This document shows positions 39,841 to 49,653 of a DNA stretch of 64,000 nt, one piece after another; positions within the stretch are counted from its first letter, which is position 1, and every line of letters starts with the position of its first letter. A model generated the notes under the pieces. The model did not search any database. It saw nothing but the letters and a program-made list of their open reading frames with translations, and had not been told where the DNA came from. Source of the stretch: Bacteroidales bacterium (lineage in GTDB: Bacteria > Bacteroidota > Bacteroidia > Bacteroidales > UBA7960); NCBI GenBank assembly GCA_046291875.1, contig JBKBSF010000026.1, positions 3,020-67,019 on the forward strand. Reading direction: 5' to 3'. The position numbers and the translations under genes were made by a program.

Positions 39841-41322
39841 ATGAAAACCCAGCCAGCCATAAAAAGCTATTTCTTCGGGAAAGGGTTCCGCGACCTCAAG
39901 GATACCATTGTGTGCAGTTTTGAGAACAACATTGAATCTTCGCGCCGGCTTTTCAGCAAGGGCCCGGTGGCTGGCAGCCCTTGGGAGATTGCCCTGATCA
40001 TAACTGCCATTGTGCTTGGATTGTATGTAGGCATCACCCGGGGTGAATTGCCCCTTTGGTTTGTAATTGTGCTGGTGATCTTTTCGCTGATAGCCCATGG
40101 TCGAAACAACTTCACTCTTTTCTGGCGCTTTTATCATTATGCATCGGGTTTGGCCGTGGTAGTATTCGGGACCCTGATGTTCAGCATCCTATCTGTTGTA
40201 CATGTAGTTTTGCTGGGACTTGTAGCAGGGGTTTATTTTGCCACTTACATGTTGGTATGGTCTGCAGATGCTTTGTACCGGGTTGTAAACCGTATCTTCA
40301 CCGCCTGCCCCTGGAGCGATTGCTACGGCAAGCACATATTGCCGGTATATCACTGCAAGGTATGCAACCGCCGCCATACGCAGCTATGGCCGGGCAAATA
40401 TGGCATCTTTCATCGCACCTGCCTGTGTGGAGCCCGGCTCCCCACCACCTTTTTCAACGGACGCAGCAGGCTATATGCCAGCTGCCCCGATTGCGGCAAC
40501 CGGCTCGAGAGCCAGGAAACCCGCCCGGTGGTAGTTCCGATAATAGGAGCCGTTTCGGCTGGAAAAACAACATTCCTGTTTCGCCTTCTCAATCAACTGC
40601 ACACAAAATATGCACCTGCCCATAACCGGGAGTTTGTTTTTGCCAATAACTACAATCAACAGCTCTACAATCACAATATCAACCTGCTTGCAAGAGGGGG
40701 CTTTCCGGAAAAAACCCAGCAGAAAAACCCCATTGCCTTCAACTTTTTTTTACAAAAAGGACAGCGAAGCAGGTTGTTTTTCTTCTTTGATGCTGCCGGG
40801 GAGGCCTTCTCTCAGCGCGATTCGCTTTTTCAGCACAAATTTTACAACTATTTCCATGCTCTGGTTTTTGTTATTGATCCCTTCTCTTTGCCCGAGATAC
40901 GATACCGCTACCATGAGCTGCTGAAATCACGACCGGACATTCGCCCCAGCCAGGAAAACCTCGACGATGTTTTTGATATTACTCTCAACACATTACAGCA
41001 AAACTACCAAGTAAGGGTCGACAAAGCCATTACCAGGCCGGTGGCCATTGTGATTACTAAAACTGATGCTTTTGATCTTGACAAGATCATGGGCATGCAG
41101 GCCCTTGAATTGTATCAGACACAACACGGGCACAGAGGCGATCGCGGACAAATCCTTGACCAATTGTGCAGGCAGTTTCTGCGCAACAACGGAGCGGGCA
41201 GCCTGCTGGCCAAAATGGAATCGAAATTTGCCCGCTCGCGGTTTTTCCCGGTCAGTGCCGCAGGAAACCACACCACCGGCATGGATCTGGTTGCAGACTG
41301 GCTGATAAAAAAACTTGACTAA
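39841..41322 (+). CDS. Membrane-anchored, zinc-binding TRAFAC-class GTPase (second GTPase of the system)
   Basis: 3-4 TM helices; Cys clusters CPWSDC, CKVC, CLC, CPDC; G1 GAVSAGKT, G3 DAAGE, G4 TKTD, G5 SAAG. Confidence 0.8.
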   Translation: MKTQPAIKSYFFGKGFRDLKDTIVCSFENNIESSRRLFSKGPVAGSPWEIALIITAIVLGLYVGITRGELPLWFVIVLVIFSLIAHGRNNFTLFWRFYHYASGLAVVVFGTLMFSILSVVHVVLLGLVAGVYFATYMLVWSADALYRVVNRIFTACPWSDCYGKHILPVYHCKVCNRRHTQLWPGKYGIFHRTCLCGARLPTTFFNGRSRLYASCPDCGNRLESQETRPVVVPIIGAVSAGKTTFLFRLLNQLHTKYAPAHNREFVFANNYNQQLYNHNINLLARGGFPEKTQQKNPIAFNFFLQKGQRSRLFFFFDAAGEAFSQRDSLFQHKFYNYFHALVFVIDPFSLPEIRYRYHELLKSRPDIRPSQENLDDVFDITLNTLQQNYQVRVDKAITRPVAIVITKTDAFDLDKIMGMQALELYQTQHGHRGDRGQILDQLCRQFLRNNGAGSLLAKMESKFARSRFFPVSAAGNHTTGMDLVADWLIKKLD

Positions 41323-41336
41323 ATCTCTCTCAAACC

Positions 41337-42959
41337 ATGATTGATAAGATATTGAAAAAATCGGGCGTAAAGCAAAAGTCTTTTCCTGCTCCCAAAGCTT
41401 CGTTCAGAGATATCTCTGAGCTGAGCGTTGCCCTCTCCACCTTCGGTATACCTGAGATACCCTATGAGTACATGGATTTCCTGATGAAAAACGCCAATGG
41501 TCTCAGCTGGAATGGGGTAGAGTTTTTTGGCCTGGAACCGGTAGATTTTCCTGAAGACCAGTATACTTTGCCCGGATTAGAGGAGTTTAACCATACCTTA
41601 TTATATGATGATGAATTTGACGATCGGCTGGTGATAGGCCGCGCAGATGAAGAATACTACGCCTGGAATGATTATGAAGAGGTGTATGAAGTAGTTTGCA
41701 GATCTGGGAAAGATGCCCTTCTAACCTTCAGCAGCTTTACAGGTTTACTTGCCGAAGCACTGGGAGTAAGAGATATCAAAGGACTTAACATTACACAAAC
41801 CTCTCCCGACCTGCAGGAAACAAAAGAGCTTGCCGCCATTATCAAATCATTGAAAGTTGCCAGAATGCTTATCATTACCCCTCCCACCCAAAAACTGCAG
41901 CAAATCGATGAGGTCAACCATGCTTTGAAAGAAATGGAACTTCCGCCACTACCTGCCTCCTATTGCAGTTTCCTCACTCAGGTTGCCGGAGGGATGATAT
42001 GGCAGGAAGGTTGCTTTTACGGAGTTGCCCGAAAAAGGGAAAGTCATGACCTGGAAGAGCCCGAATTACCCGAAATCCTCAGGTACAACAAAGCCTGGAA
42101 AGGTGAGAGAAACCTTAACAACCGGCTTCTGCTGGGTTTAGACAACCAGGATTTGTTTCTTTACAATCAGAAGACAGGCAATTTCGAAACCTTTTGCCAA
42201 CTGGATATGCAAACCATGAGCAGTTTTCCCACGTTCCTGGACCTGGTGAAGGATGTTGTTTACAACCCTCAAAAGATGCCCCACCCTTCCTTCGCTCCTG
42301 AAGAAGATGATTCATCTGTCATTGAATCGACCCTGGAAACAAAACTGGAAAAAACTGTACAGGAAAAATGGGAGCGCCCTGACGATCTGCGGTGCAAACA
42401 ACTCATTGCCATCATCAATCAACAGCACGGATACGATCTGTTTTCTGATGTTTCCACGCAAATCAAACTCAAAAGGATAAGTTTTTATCCCGACTATCAT
42501 CTCATGGAGGCCACCAACTTCGGTTCAATACCCCCAATGACCATGCAGTACTTTGTAAAAGATAGCCTGGTGGTTAAAATCGATGGTACCCGGGAGCCCT
42601 TCGATACGATGAATAAGTCCGGAAGTCTTATTCTGAACGCTGAAACCGTAAAGGATTATGCAAGGTTTGTACTCTCAAAGATATACGCAGAGGAGGGTCC
42701 GTTCAGAATTGTGGAGGATATCACTGAGGTGCATTTTTCGCGCGAACCTACCCGGGAGGAATTTATCAGGATTCGCAATGTAATCCGCCCTATGAAAGTA
42801 GAATCCCTGAGCGGATCTTACATGCTGCACGCCATTGTACTCTATTCAGACAATGTTTACAAAACACTGCTGAAAGTTTCTCCGGATGGTGAACTGGATA
42901 TTGAAGAAGAAACCACGCTGCTCACCGATATGCCTGTGAGGCACATTATGTTGCGCTAG
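41337..42959 (+). CDS. Protein with two SUKH (SMI1/KNR4, YrhA-like) domains and an unknown C-terminal domain
   Basis: Repeated SUKH-type signature IPYEYMDFLMKNANGLSWNGVEFFG / LPASYCSFLTQVAGGMIWQEGCFYG, ending in FSSFTGLL / FPTFLDLV. Confidence 0.65.
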   Translation: MIDKILKKSGVKQKSFPAPKASFRDISELSVALSTFGIPEIPYEYMDFLMKNANGLSWNGVEFFGLEPVDFPEDQYTLPGLEEFNHTLLYDDEFDDRLVIGRADEEYYAWNDYEEVYEVVCRSGKDALLTFSSFTGLLAEALGVRDIKGLNITQTSPDLQETKELAAIIKSLKVARMLIITPPTQKLQQIDEVNHALKEMELPPLPASYCSFLTQVAGGMIWQEGCFYGVARKRESHDLEEPELPEILRYNKAWKGERNLNNRLLLGLDNQDLFLYNQKTGNFETFCQLDMQTMSSFPTFLDLVKDVVYNPQKMPHPSFAPEEDDSSVIESTLETKLEKTVQEKWERPDDLRCKQLIAIINQQHGYDLFSDVSTQIKLKRISFYPDYHLMEATNFGSIPPMTMQYFVKDSLVVKIDGTREPFDTMNKSGSLILNAETVKDYARFVLSKIYAEEGPFRIVEDITEVHFSREPTREEFIRIRNVIRPMKVESLSGSYMLHAIVLYSDNVYKTLLKVSPDGELDIEEETTLLTDMPVRHIMLR

Positions 42960-44775
42960 TTTTGCCGATGCGAGGTTCGAACCGTCGCAGGGTAAAACAT
43001 GCGCGGGAAAGAATCTCATGCAGGTAAAGTATGCCTGTACGGTCGAGTTGACGGACCGACTCATCTATTTCCTCCCATTCCACCAGCATTGGATGGTATT
43101 TGAGTTTTTGTTTGAGCAGCTGATTCATACGTTTCTCGGAGGCTTCGATTTGCTGCCCGGTAATCCCGTCCCTCAGATCCTTCCAGTTTTGTCCGGGGAT
43201 AAAACCTTTGATGCGTTTTTCTGCATTCCATCTGTTTTTCTCCATCCGGGCCATCAGCTCCAGGGTTTCTTTGTCTATAACGGGCTCAACAGCGTCACTC
43301 CCCCCAAACTGGGTATCTTGTGAGTGATATACCAATTGGGCATTTATGAGGCGAAGTTTATAGTTGTAATGCCTGGCCGGAAGCCTGTTGGCCTCCTTTT
43401 CCCTATCGGTCATTGCATCCCATGCTTTCTCTATCTGTTCACTGCCTGGTTCAACACCATTCTCTATCATGTAAAAGGCGTTCAGGTATTTGGCAATGGC
43501 ATCCACCCTCATTTTGTTTTCCACAAAATGATAGGCGTTAAAATAGTTTGCATACTCGGCGATATTAACATGCAATTCGCTGAAAACTTCCTTTATGGGA
43601 TTGATAACAGTGTCCACCACATTCCTTTCCCTGAGTACAACTACCATGGGGGGAGAAGTAAGCTGTTGTGTTTGATGGTATGCCAACTGCCTGGTTTTTA
43701 GTGCCCAGTGCGCTGTTTCTGCATCACCCGCTGCACAAACAAATACCAGTGACACTTTGGAGAAGTCCAACCTGATCTGCTCCCTGAACACATCGGTAAG
43801 TTCTATGCATTCAACATCTGCAGCCGCTTCAATACCCGGATAACGCAATAATAGTTCATGATATTTGTTTTGAATATCCTGATCCAGTAGCATAAACCGG
43901 GTTTTCTGAAGATTAGCAAAATGATACATCTGCACGGCTTCGATCAGCAAATGTTCTGATACGGGGTTTAGCCCCAGCAATGCTACACAGACCTGCTCCT
44001 GCTGCCCGGGCAATACCGGTGTAAAGGTATCGGGAGCAAAATCATCAACCACATAAGCAGCACATTTTCTGTAAAAATTGAAAACATGGATATCCAGTTT
44101 TTCATCTTTGCGGGGGCGGGTTTGAAAATCCATCAACAGATTGAAATTCTGCGGATCGTTGAGCATTATATGAGCCTGAATGGTGTTTTTGCCCTGGTAA
44201 ACAGCCTTTACCTTTTCAATGAAGGCCAGGTTTTGATCATCATGCTCAGAAAAACCCATCACATAGTGTGCTTTGTTCAATCCGGCACTCCGGAGTGCCT
44301 TGATGTCGGAAGGATTTCCTGCCAGTGTTTTCACTCTTTTATTAGAAATAGCATAACGGGCAATATTTTCTTCGTCCTTCTCGAGTACCACAACACGTGC
44401 ATTCTTGCTTTGGTTTAACAAGTCGCGGATAAGCGTGCTACTGTAAAAGTTCAGACCATTGAATATAAAATGACGCTGAAAGAACAAACGAATCTGCAAC
44501 CAGACCACAAAGCGATTGAGCAGCAGAAAAAAAGCATTGAGCAATGCAGTGGCCAGCGAAAAAGGGGCCAGAAACCGGGCAACATCAAGGGCCAGTGGCA
44601 ATGGTATTTGCTCAAATGAAGTATTCATGGTAAACAGCTGAAGGCTGAGAAATGCCCCTCCGGTAAGTGTTAAATCAAGCCCATGCAAGGCATAATACTG
44701 TTTCCACCCCATGAATCCAAGTGTAAAACTCGCTGCCATGAGAAAAGCAATAACCCAGAAAACAATCCTCTTCAT
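42946..44775 (-). CDS. Ion-channel-like protein: two TM helices with a pore-like segment, TrkA-N/RCK-like domains, C-terminal RyR domain
   Basis: TM, AFLSLQLFTMN, TM (VARFLAP); Rossmann-like HFIFNGLN, VVVLEKD, GNPSDIKALRSAGL; RyR-like LMARMEKNRWNAEK..G...HPMLVEWEEI. The start could instead be 44787. Confidence 0.7.
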   Translation of the reverse strand: MKRIVFWVIAFLMAASFTLGFMGWKQYYALHGLDLTLTGGAFLSLQLFTMNTSFEQIPLPLALDVARFLAPFSLATALLNAFFLLLNRFVVWLQIRLFFQRHFIFNGLNFYSSTLIRDLLNQSKNARVVVLEKDEENIARYAISNKRVKTLAGNPSDIKALRSAGLNKAHYVMGFSEHDDQNLAFIEKVKAVYQGKNTIQAHIMLNDPQNFNLLMDFQTRPRKDEKLDIHVFNFYRKCAAYVVDDFAPDTFTPVLPGQQEQVCVALLGLNPVSEHLLIEAVQMYHFANLQKTRFMLLDQDIQNKYHELLLRYPGIEAAADVECIELTDVFREQIRLDFSKVSLVFVCAAGDAETAHWALKTRQLAYHQTQQLTSPPMVVVLRERNVVDTVINPIKEVFSELHVNIAEYANYFNAYHFVENKMRVDAIAKYLNAFYMIENGVEPGSEQIEKAWDAMTDREKEANRLPARHYNYKLRLINAQLVYHSQDTQFGGSDAVEPVIDKETLELMARMEKNRWNAEKRIKGFIPGQNWKDLRDGITGQQIEASEKRMNQLLKQKLKYHPMLVEWEEIDESVRQLDRTGILYLHEILSRACFTLRRFEPRIGKTSAT

Positions 44776-44927
44776 TGACGCCTGCATAACAATCTTATTT
44801 AAATGGATCAACTAAAGTAGAAAAAAAATTGTTCTGTCAAGAAAAGGAAGTATATTAGTCGAAATATTTTTCATATTGCTCATTGCAACATTACACTGCT
44901 TCTCCAGCAAGTTCACATTCGAAACCC

Positions 44928-45485
44928 ATGGCGCATATGCAAACAGACACTATTTCTGTCCCCCAACACAACAAGCGAAAAACAAGAAAATGGATCCTGG
45001 GAATTTACGCAGTATCTCTTGCTCTCTGGATAGGTATTTGGCTATACAGCTATTTGTTTGGCACGCTTGTGCTGGATTTAAGTTTTTCGGTGCCATTTAT
45101 CCTTTCTCTCATAGTTCTGGGCTTTAATGTATTGCTATGGTCGAGATTCGAGAAAAACGAGGACGAACTGGTTTATGCCAACGAGCTTACCAAAATGCAA
45201 CTTGTTGAACGCAATGCAGCCAATATTGCTACTGCAATTACAGGTGTGCTGCTGGTTGCGGCTGCTCTTTCGGCTATGAAAGGCAACGAACCCATCCCCA
45301 GACAGGTAATCACCTATCAGTCCGTGGCTCTTATACTTAGCGTGGGTGGAGTACTGCCCAAAATCTGGATCCCCTCGCGTATGGTGGAATGGTTGCTTAT
45401 ATTAAGACATATAAAAACGATACTACTTACTTTTGCCATAGCCTTGTTTCTTATCGGATTGCTTGATCTCTTACACTGGAATTAA
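44928..45485 (+). CDS. Hypothetical integral membrane protein (~5 TM helices)
   Basis: Five hydrophobic segments; co-oriented with the RyR gene 26 nt downstream. Confidence 0.6.
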   Translation: MAHMQTDTISVPQHNKRKTRKWILGIYAVSLALWIGIWLYSYLFGTLVLDLSFSVPFILSLIVLGFNVLLWSRFEKNEDELVYANELTKMQLVERNAANIATAITGVLLVAAALSAMKGNEPIPRQVITYQSVALILSVGGVLPKIWIPSRMVEWLLILRHIKTILLTFAIALFLIGLLDLLHWN

Positions 45486-45511
45486 ATAAAAGGAAGGTAA
45501 AAACCCATATT

Positions 45512-45811
45512 ATGTCTAAAACCGTTTACAGCCCCAAACCCATCAACACAGATGACATTAAGGTACCCGCAGATCTCCTGGAGCTGGCAGAAACACTCTC
45601 GCGCAATGTGCATGAAAACTGGGCGCTTGAGCGTATACGACAGGGCTGGCAATACGGCCCTCAACGAAACGACAACAACAAACTGCATCCGTGCCTGGTT
45701 CCCTATGAAGAATTGCCCGAACATGAAAAGGTACTGGACCGCAACACCGCCATGGAGACTCTTAAAGTAATCCTAAGTCTGGGCTATTCCATAAACAAAC
45801 AAACAGAGTAA
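45512..45811 (+). CDS. Stand-alone RyR (ryanodine receptor repeat) domain protein
   Basis: YSPKPINTDDI..LAETLSRNVHENWALERIRQGWQYGPQRND..KLHPCLVPYEELPEHEK.LDR..AMETLK. Confidence 0.9.
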   Translation: MSKTVYSPKPINTDDIKVPADLLELAETLSRNVHENWALERIRQGWQYGPQRNDNNKLHPCLVPYEELPEHEKVLDRNTAMETLKVILSLGYSINKQTE

Positions 45812-45842
45812 ACCCTTTTTATTTTACAAAACAAACCAGAGC

Positions 45843-46031
45843 ATGACCGTTAAGGACAAACCTACTTCCCTGTACACAACCCTGGTGGTGATCCTATACC
45901 TGGTAGGTTTTGTTTTATTTATTTTGAGAACAGAAAGCACTTTTTGGAAAGTATTCTTTGGCGTAATGGGTCTTTTTCTCACTCTTGGGCTGATCAACCA
46001 ATACCGGGAGAAAAGAAAAAACCGACTTTAA
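45843..46031 (+). CDS. Small two-TM membrane protein
   Basis: 62 aa with two hydrophobic helices and a basic C-terminus; A-rich region before the ATG. Confidence 0.55.
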   Translation: MTVKDKPTSLYTTLVVILYLVGFVLFILRTESTFWKVFFGVMGLFLTLGLINQYREKRKNRL

Positions 46032-46116
46032 CTCCCCATCCTCCCCCCTTTTTTCTTTAGAAAGAAAAATAATCAGATCGCAAACAACACATATTCAACA
46101 CCTTCCATTGTTTTTG

Positions 46117-46179
46117 AAAATATTGTGGTAAAATAGTACCAGAATTATTTTTTCAATTGAAAAAACATTCTTACATTTG
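46117..46179 (+). promoter_or_regulatory. Candidate promoter and operator for the Rrf2-hcp cluster
   Basis: Imperfect palindrome AAATATTGTGGTA-N6-TACCAGAATTATTT, palindrome T6CAATTGA6, and -7 box TACATTTG at 46172-46179. Confidence 0.45.
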
Positions 46180-46213
46180 CGTATTCTTTTACCTGTTTAC
46201 CTGTATAGAAAAA

Positions 46214-46609
46214 ATGAGCAAAATCCTGAACATATCTGAAGCCGCCACCATCGCCCTGCATTCCATGGGACTGATTGCCCGCAGCGACAAACTGGTAAAT
46301 ACCCAGGAGATTGCAGATATTACGGGTTTTTCGAAAAATCATATTTCCAAGATATTGCAACAACTGGTAAGGAATGGCTACCTGGTTTCGACACGAGGAC
46401 CTAAAGGTGGATTTCTGATCAGTGAAAAGGCTAAAAAAATCAGTCTGATGGAAATTTACAGTCTGATTGAAGGAGAACTGGAAGATAACTCCTGCAAGAT
46501 GCAATGCGTTTCCTGTCCTTTTAAGACCTGCATTTTTGGTGGGCTGGAGCAAAAATTCAGCAATGAATTCCGCAACTACCTCATGAGCAAAAAAGTTGCA
46601 GAATTATAA
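46214..46609 (+). CDS. Rrf2 family transcriptional regulator
   Basis: wHTH with STRGPKGGF and ISLMEIYSLIEG; C-terminal Cys cluster CKMQCVSCPFKTC. Confidence 0.92.
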   Translation: MSKILNISEAATIALHSMGLIARSDKLVNTQEIADITGFSKNHISKILQQLVRNGYLVSTRGPKGGFLISEKAKKISLMEIYSLIEGELEDNSCKMQCVSCPFKTCIFGGLEQKFSNEFRNYLMSKKVAEL

Positions 46610-46701
46610 ATGCAGAGCCATCAACAGCGAGAACACACAACTGACACAAGTAAAAAAGAAGCAATTCAAATTAAGGATAACAACAAAGACAACATAAAAC
46701 G

Positions 46702-46800
46702 ATGAAACTTGCATGAGCACTGCGGCTCACAGAAAAAGATGAAAACAGACATGCAAGTTCCATCAGACAAATTACTTAAACAAATTATATTCTGATGAAA
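46702..46800 (-). repeat. Copy 1 (inverted orientation) of a ~95-bp structured repeat
   Basis: Its reverse complement closely matches the two tandem units at 50927-51118; overlaps the ATG at 46795. Confidence 0.85.
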
Positions 46801-47697
46801 AGAACTATCATAAAAATCGACGAAGATCTTTGCAACGGTTGCGAACTATGCGTACAAGGGTGCCACGAAGGCGCACTCCAGATGATTGATGGTAAGGCCC
46901 GCATGATCAGCGACCTGTATTGCGACGGACTGGGTGCCTGCATACCTGAATGCCCCACCGGAGCTATTACTCTGGAGGAGCGTGAGGCAGAGCCCTACGA
47001 TGAAATAAAGGTAATGGAGCGGATTTCTCCCAAAGGGGAAGCTACCGTGATAGCCCACCTGAACCACCTGATTGACCACAATCAAAAGGAGTATGTAGAG
47101 CAAGGCATCCAGTACATTCTGGATAACAAGTTGCCCATTGACCTGAATAAGCTTAAAAAATTCTCACAGGAGACCAAGGAAGAACTAACCCCTAAAAAAG
47201 AACCTATAAAAATGGAAATGCATGCACATCAAGGAGGCGGATGCCCCGGATCACGAATGATGTCGTTCGACAAACCTGCGGCGGCACCAACAACAACTAC
47301 TTCAACCGAGCAGCCCTCAGAGTTGCGGCAGTGGCCCGTGCAACTGCACCTTGTAAACCCTCAGGCGCCCTATTTCCAGAATGCTGATGTACTGATGGCA
47401 GCCGATTGCGTAGCCTTTTCCATGGGCAATTTCCACAGCAAATATCTCAAAGGCAAAGGCCTGGCCATAGCATGCCCCAAGCTAGACAACGGAAAAGAGA
47501 TCTATGTGGAGAAGCTTACTGCAATGATCGATATGGCAAAAATCAATACCCTCACCGTAATGATCATGGAAGTGCCTTGCTGCTCAGGGCTGTTGCAGAT
47601 AGCTAAAATGGCCGCTGGAAATGCATCCCGCAAAGTGCCGGTTAAAGCCCTGATTGTGGGCCTGGACGGCGAAATCAGAAGTGAAGAATGGATATGA
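46795..47697 (+). CDS. 4Fe-4S ferredoxin-domain protein of the type commonly found next to hcp
   Basis: CNGCELCVQGCHEGA, CDGLGACIPECP, GCPGS, LRQWPVQLHLV, AADC, ACPKLD, MEVPCC. Confidence 0.85.
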   Translation: MKRTIIKIDEDLCNGCELCVQGCHEGALQMIDGKARMISDLYCDGLGACIPECPTGAITLEEREAEPYDEIKVMERISPKGEATVIAHLNHLIDHNQKEYVEQGIQYILDNKLPIDLNKLKKFSQETKEELTPKKEPIKMEMHAHQGGGCPGSRMMSFDKPAAAPTTTTSTEQPSELRQWPVQLHLVNPQAPYFQNADVLMAADCVAFSMGNFHSKYLKGKGLAIACPKLDNGKEIYVEKLTAMIDMAKINTLTVMIMEVPCCSGLLQIAKMAAGNASRKVPVKALIVGLDGEIRSEEWI

Positions 47698-47858
47698 CAG
47701 GCTTTGGGGAAGATGGAAGGCGGAAGCTCAAAGTGCTGATAAGGCAATAAAACTAAAGCACGTAATCAATCCCCAACACCCTGCCAACATAACAAACCAA
47801 CTACTTACAACTTACAACTTATCATTTTATCAAATTAAAGTAACAGGAGATTAACACT

Positions 47859-49517
47859 ATGAGTATGTTTTGTTTTCAATGCCAGGAAGCCGCAAAAGGC
47901 GTAGGATGCACCATCAAAGGTGTTTGTGGAAAAGAGCCAGAACTGGCCAACATTATGGATGTGCTGATGTATCAGCTAAGAGGTATTGCAGTGTACAATA
48001 ATATAGCCCGCGAAAAGGGTCTGGATACTGCAGCCGTTGATCAGTTCATTTTCGAAGGTCTGTTCATGACCATTACCAATGCCAATTTTGATCACCAGCG
48101 TTTCATCGACAAGATCAGAGAAGGTTTCAAAGTAAGATTAGCTCTTGAAAAGCAACTTGAAGATGCTGGTGTAGCAGTAGAAAAAGACAAACTTCCTGAG
48201 GCTGCCACATGGTATGCTTACACCCCCGGCGAATACGAAAGAAAAGCGCAGCAGGTAGGCGTATTGCAGATGAGCGAAAATGAAGATATCCGCTCTTTGC
48301 GCGAGCTGATGATTTACGGATTGAAGGGGATGGCTGCTTATGCAGAGCATGCGTTCAATCTGGGTCATGTAGAACCCGAAATCTTTACTTTCATTTCCAA
48401 AGCCCTTGCTGCAACCCTCGACAACAGCCTAGGAGCCGATGAACTTACGGCAATGGTTCTTGAAACCGGTTCCTACGGCGTTAAAGTAATGGCCCTGCTC
48501 GACAAGGCAAACACAAGTGCATACGGAAATCCTGAAATCACCAGGGTAAACATTGGTGTGCGCAACAATCCGGCTATTCTGATCAGCGGTCATGACCTGC
48601 GCGACATGGAAGATCTGCTCATCCAGACCGAAGGTACAGGTGTAGATGTTTACACACACAGCGAAATGCTTCCTGCCAACTACTACCCTGCTTTTAAAAA
48701 GTATGAACACTTTGTGGGCAACTACGGCAGCTCATGGTGGAAGCAAAAAGAAGAGTTTGAAACATTCAACGGCCCCATCCTCTTCACCACCAACTGTATT
48801 GTTCCCCCTTCCTCAAAGGCCACTTATACCGACCGTATTTATACCACCGGTTCATCAGGCCTTACAGGCAGCAACCACATTCCTGATCGTACCCCGGGCG
48901 GACGCAAGGATTTCTCTGCTATCATTGAACACGCAAAAAAATGCCAGCCTCCCACAGAAATTGAAACCGGCGAAATTGTAGGTGGTTTTGCCCATAACCA
49001 GGTAATGCAACTTGCCGACAAAGTGGTAGATGCAGTAAAATCGGGAGCTATTCGCAAATTCTTTGTAATGGCGGGTTGCGATGGACGCATGAAAGATCGT
49101 GATTACTACACAGAGTTTGCAGAAGCTCTTCCGAAAGATACGGTTATTCTTACTGCAGGTTGCGCCAAATACCGTTACAACAAACTGCCCCTGGGCGATA
49201 TCGGTGGTATTCCACGCGTACTTGACGCAGGACAATGCAACGACTCTTACTCTCTGGCGGTAATTGCCCTCAAACTCAAAGAAGTTTTTGAGCTCAACGA
49301 TATCAATGAACTTCCCATTGCCTACAACATTGCATGGTACGAACAGAAAGCTGTTATTGTTCTCCTGGCTCTCCTGTTCCTGGGTGTGAAAAATATCCAC
49401 CTCGGACCCACCCTGCCTGCATTCCTTTCTCCCAATGTGGCGAAAGTACTGGTAGACAACTTTGGAATTGCTCCCATTGGCACCGTAGATGAAGATATGA
49501 AGATCTTTCTGAGCTGA
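47859..49517 (+). CDS. hcp: Hybrid cluster protein (hydroxylamine/NO reductase)
   Basis: MFCFQCQE...[50 protein letters not shown]. Confidence 0.97.
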   Translation: MSMFCFQCQEAAKGVGCTIKGVCGKEPELANIMDVLMYQLRGIAVYNNIAREKGLDTAAVDQFIFEGLFMTITNANFDHQRFIDKIREGFKVRLALEKQLEDAGVAVEKDKLPEAATWYAYTPGEYERKAQQVGVLQMSENEDIRSLRELMIYGLKGMAAYAEHAFNLGHVEPEIFTFISKALAATLDNSLGADELTAMVLETGSYGVKVMALLDKANTSAYGNPEITRVNIGVRNNPAILISGHDLRDMEDLLIQTEGTGVDVYTHSEMLPANYYPAFKKYEHFVGNYGSSWWKQKEEFETFNGPILFTTNCIVPPSSKATYTDRIYTTGSSGLTGSNHIPDRTPGGRKDFSAIIEHAKKCQPPTEIETGEIVGGFAHNQVMQLADKVVDAVKSGAIRKFFVMAGCDGRMKDRDYYTEFAEALPKDTVILTAGCAKYRYNKLPLGDIGGIPRVLDAGQCNDSYSLAVIALKLKEVFELNDINELPIAYNIAWYEQKAVIVLLALLFLGVKNIHLGPTLPAFLSPNVAKVLVDNFGIAPIGTVDEDMKIFLS

Positions 49518-49532
49518 TAATTTTTCACAAAT

Positions 49533-49567
49533 GCCCCCGGATACTTTTTTTACCTCCGGGGGCTTTC
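49533..49567 (+). terminator. Hairpin after hcp (terminator or stabiliser)
   Basis: GCCCCCGGA / TCCGGGGGC stem with a short T run. Confidence 0.55.
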
Positions 49568-49653
49568 ACTTTTCCGGCAAAACTCTTCTTATCCATTCGA
49601 AGGCTCTCCAGGCCAACGATAAACAAAAAGTATCAATCCCTAAAAAAAAGATC

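Noticed and set aside
24600..46100. Possible genomic island or prophage boundaries around the conflict locus
   Set aside because: No integrase, transposase, tRNA, att-like direct repeat or phage gene seen, and no obvious compositional break by eye
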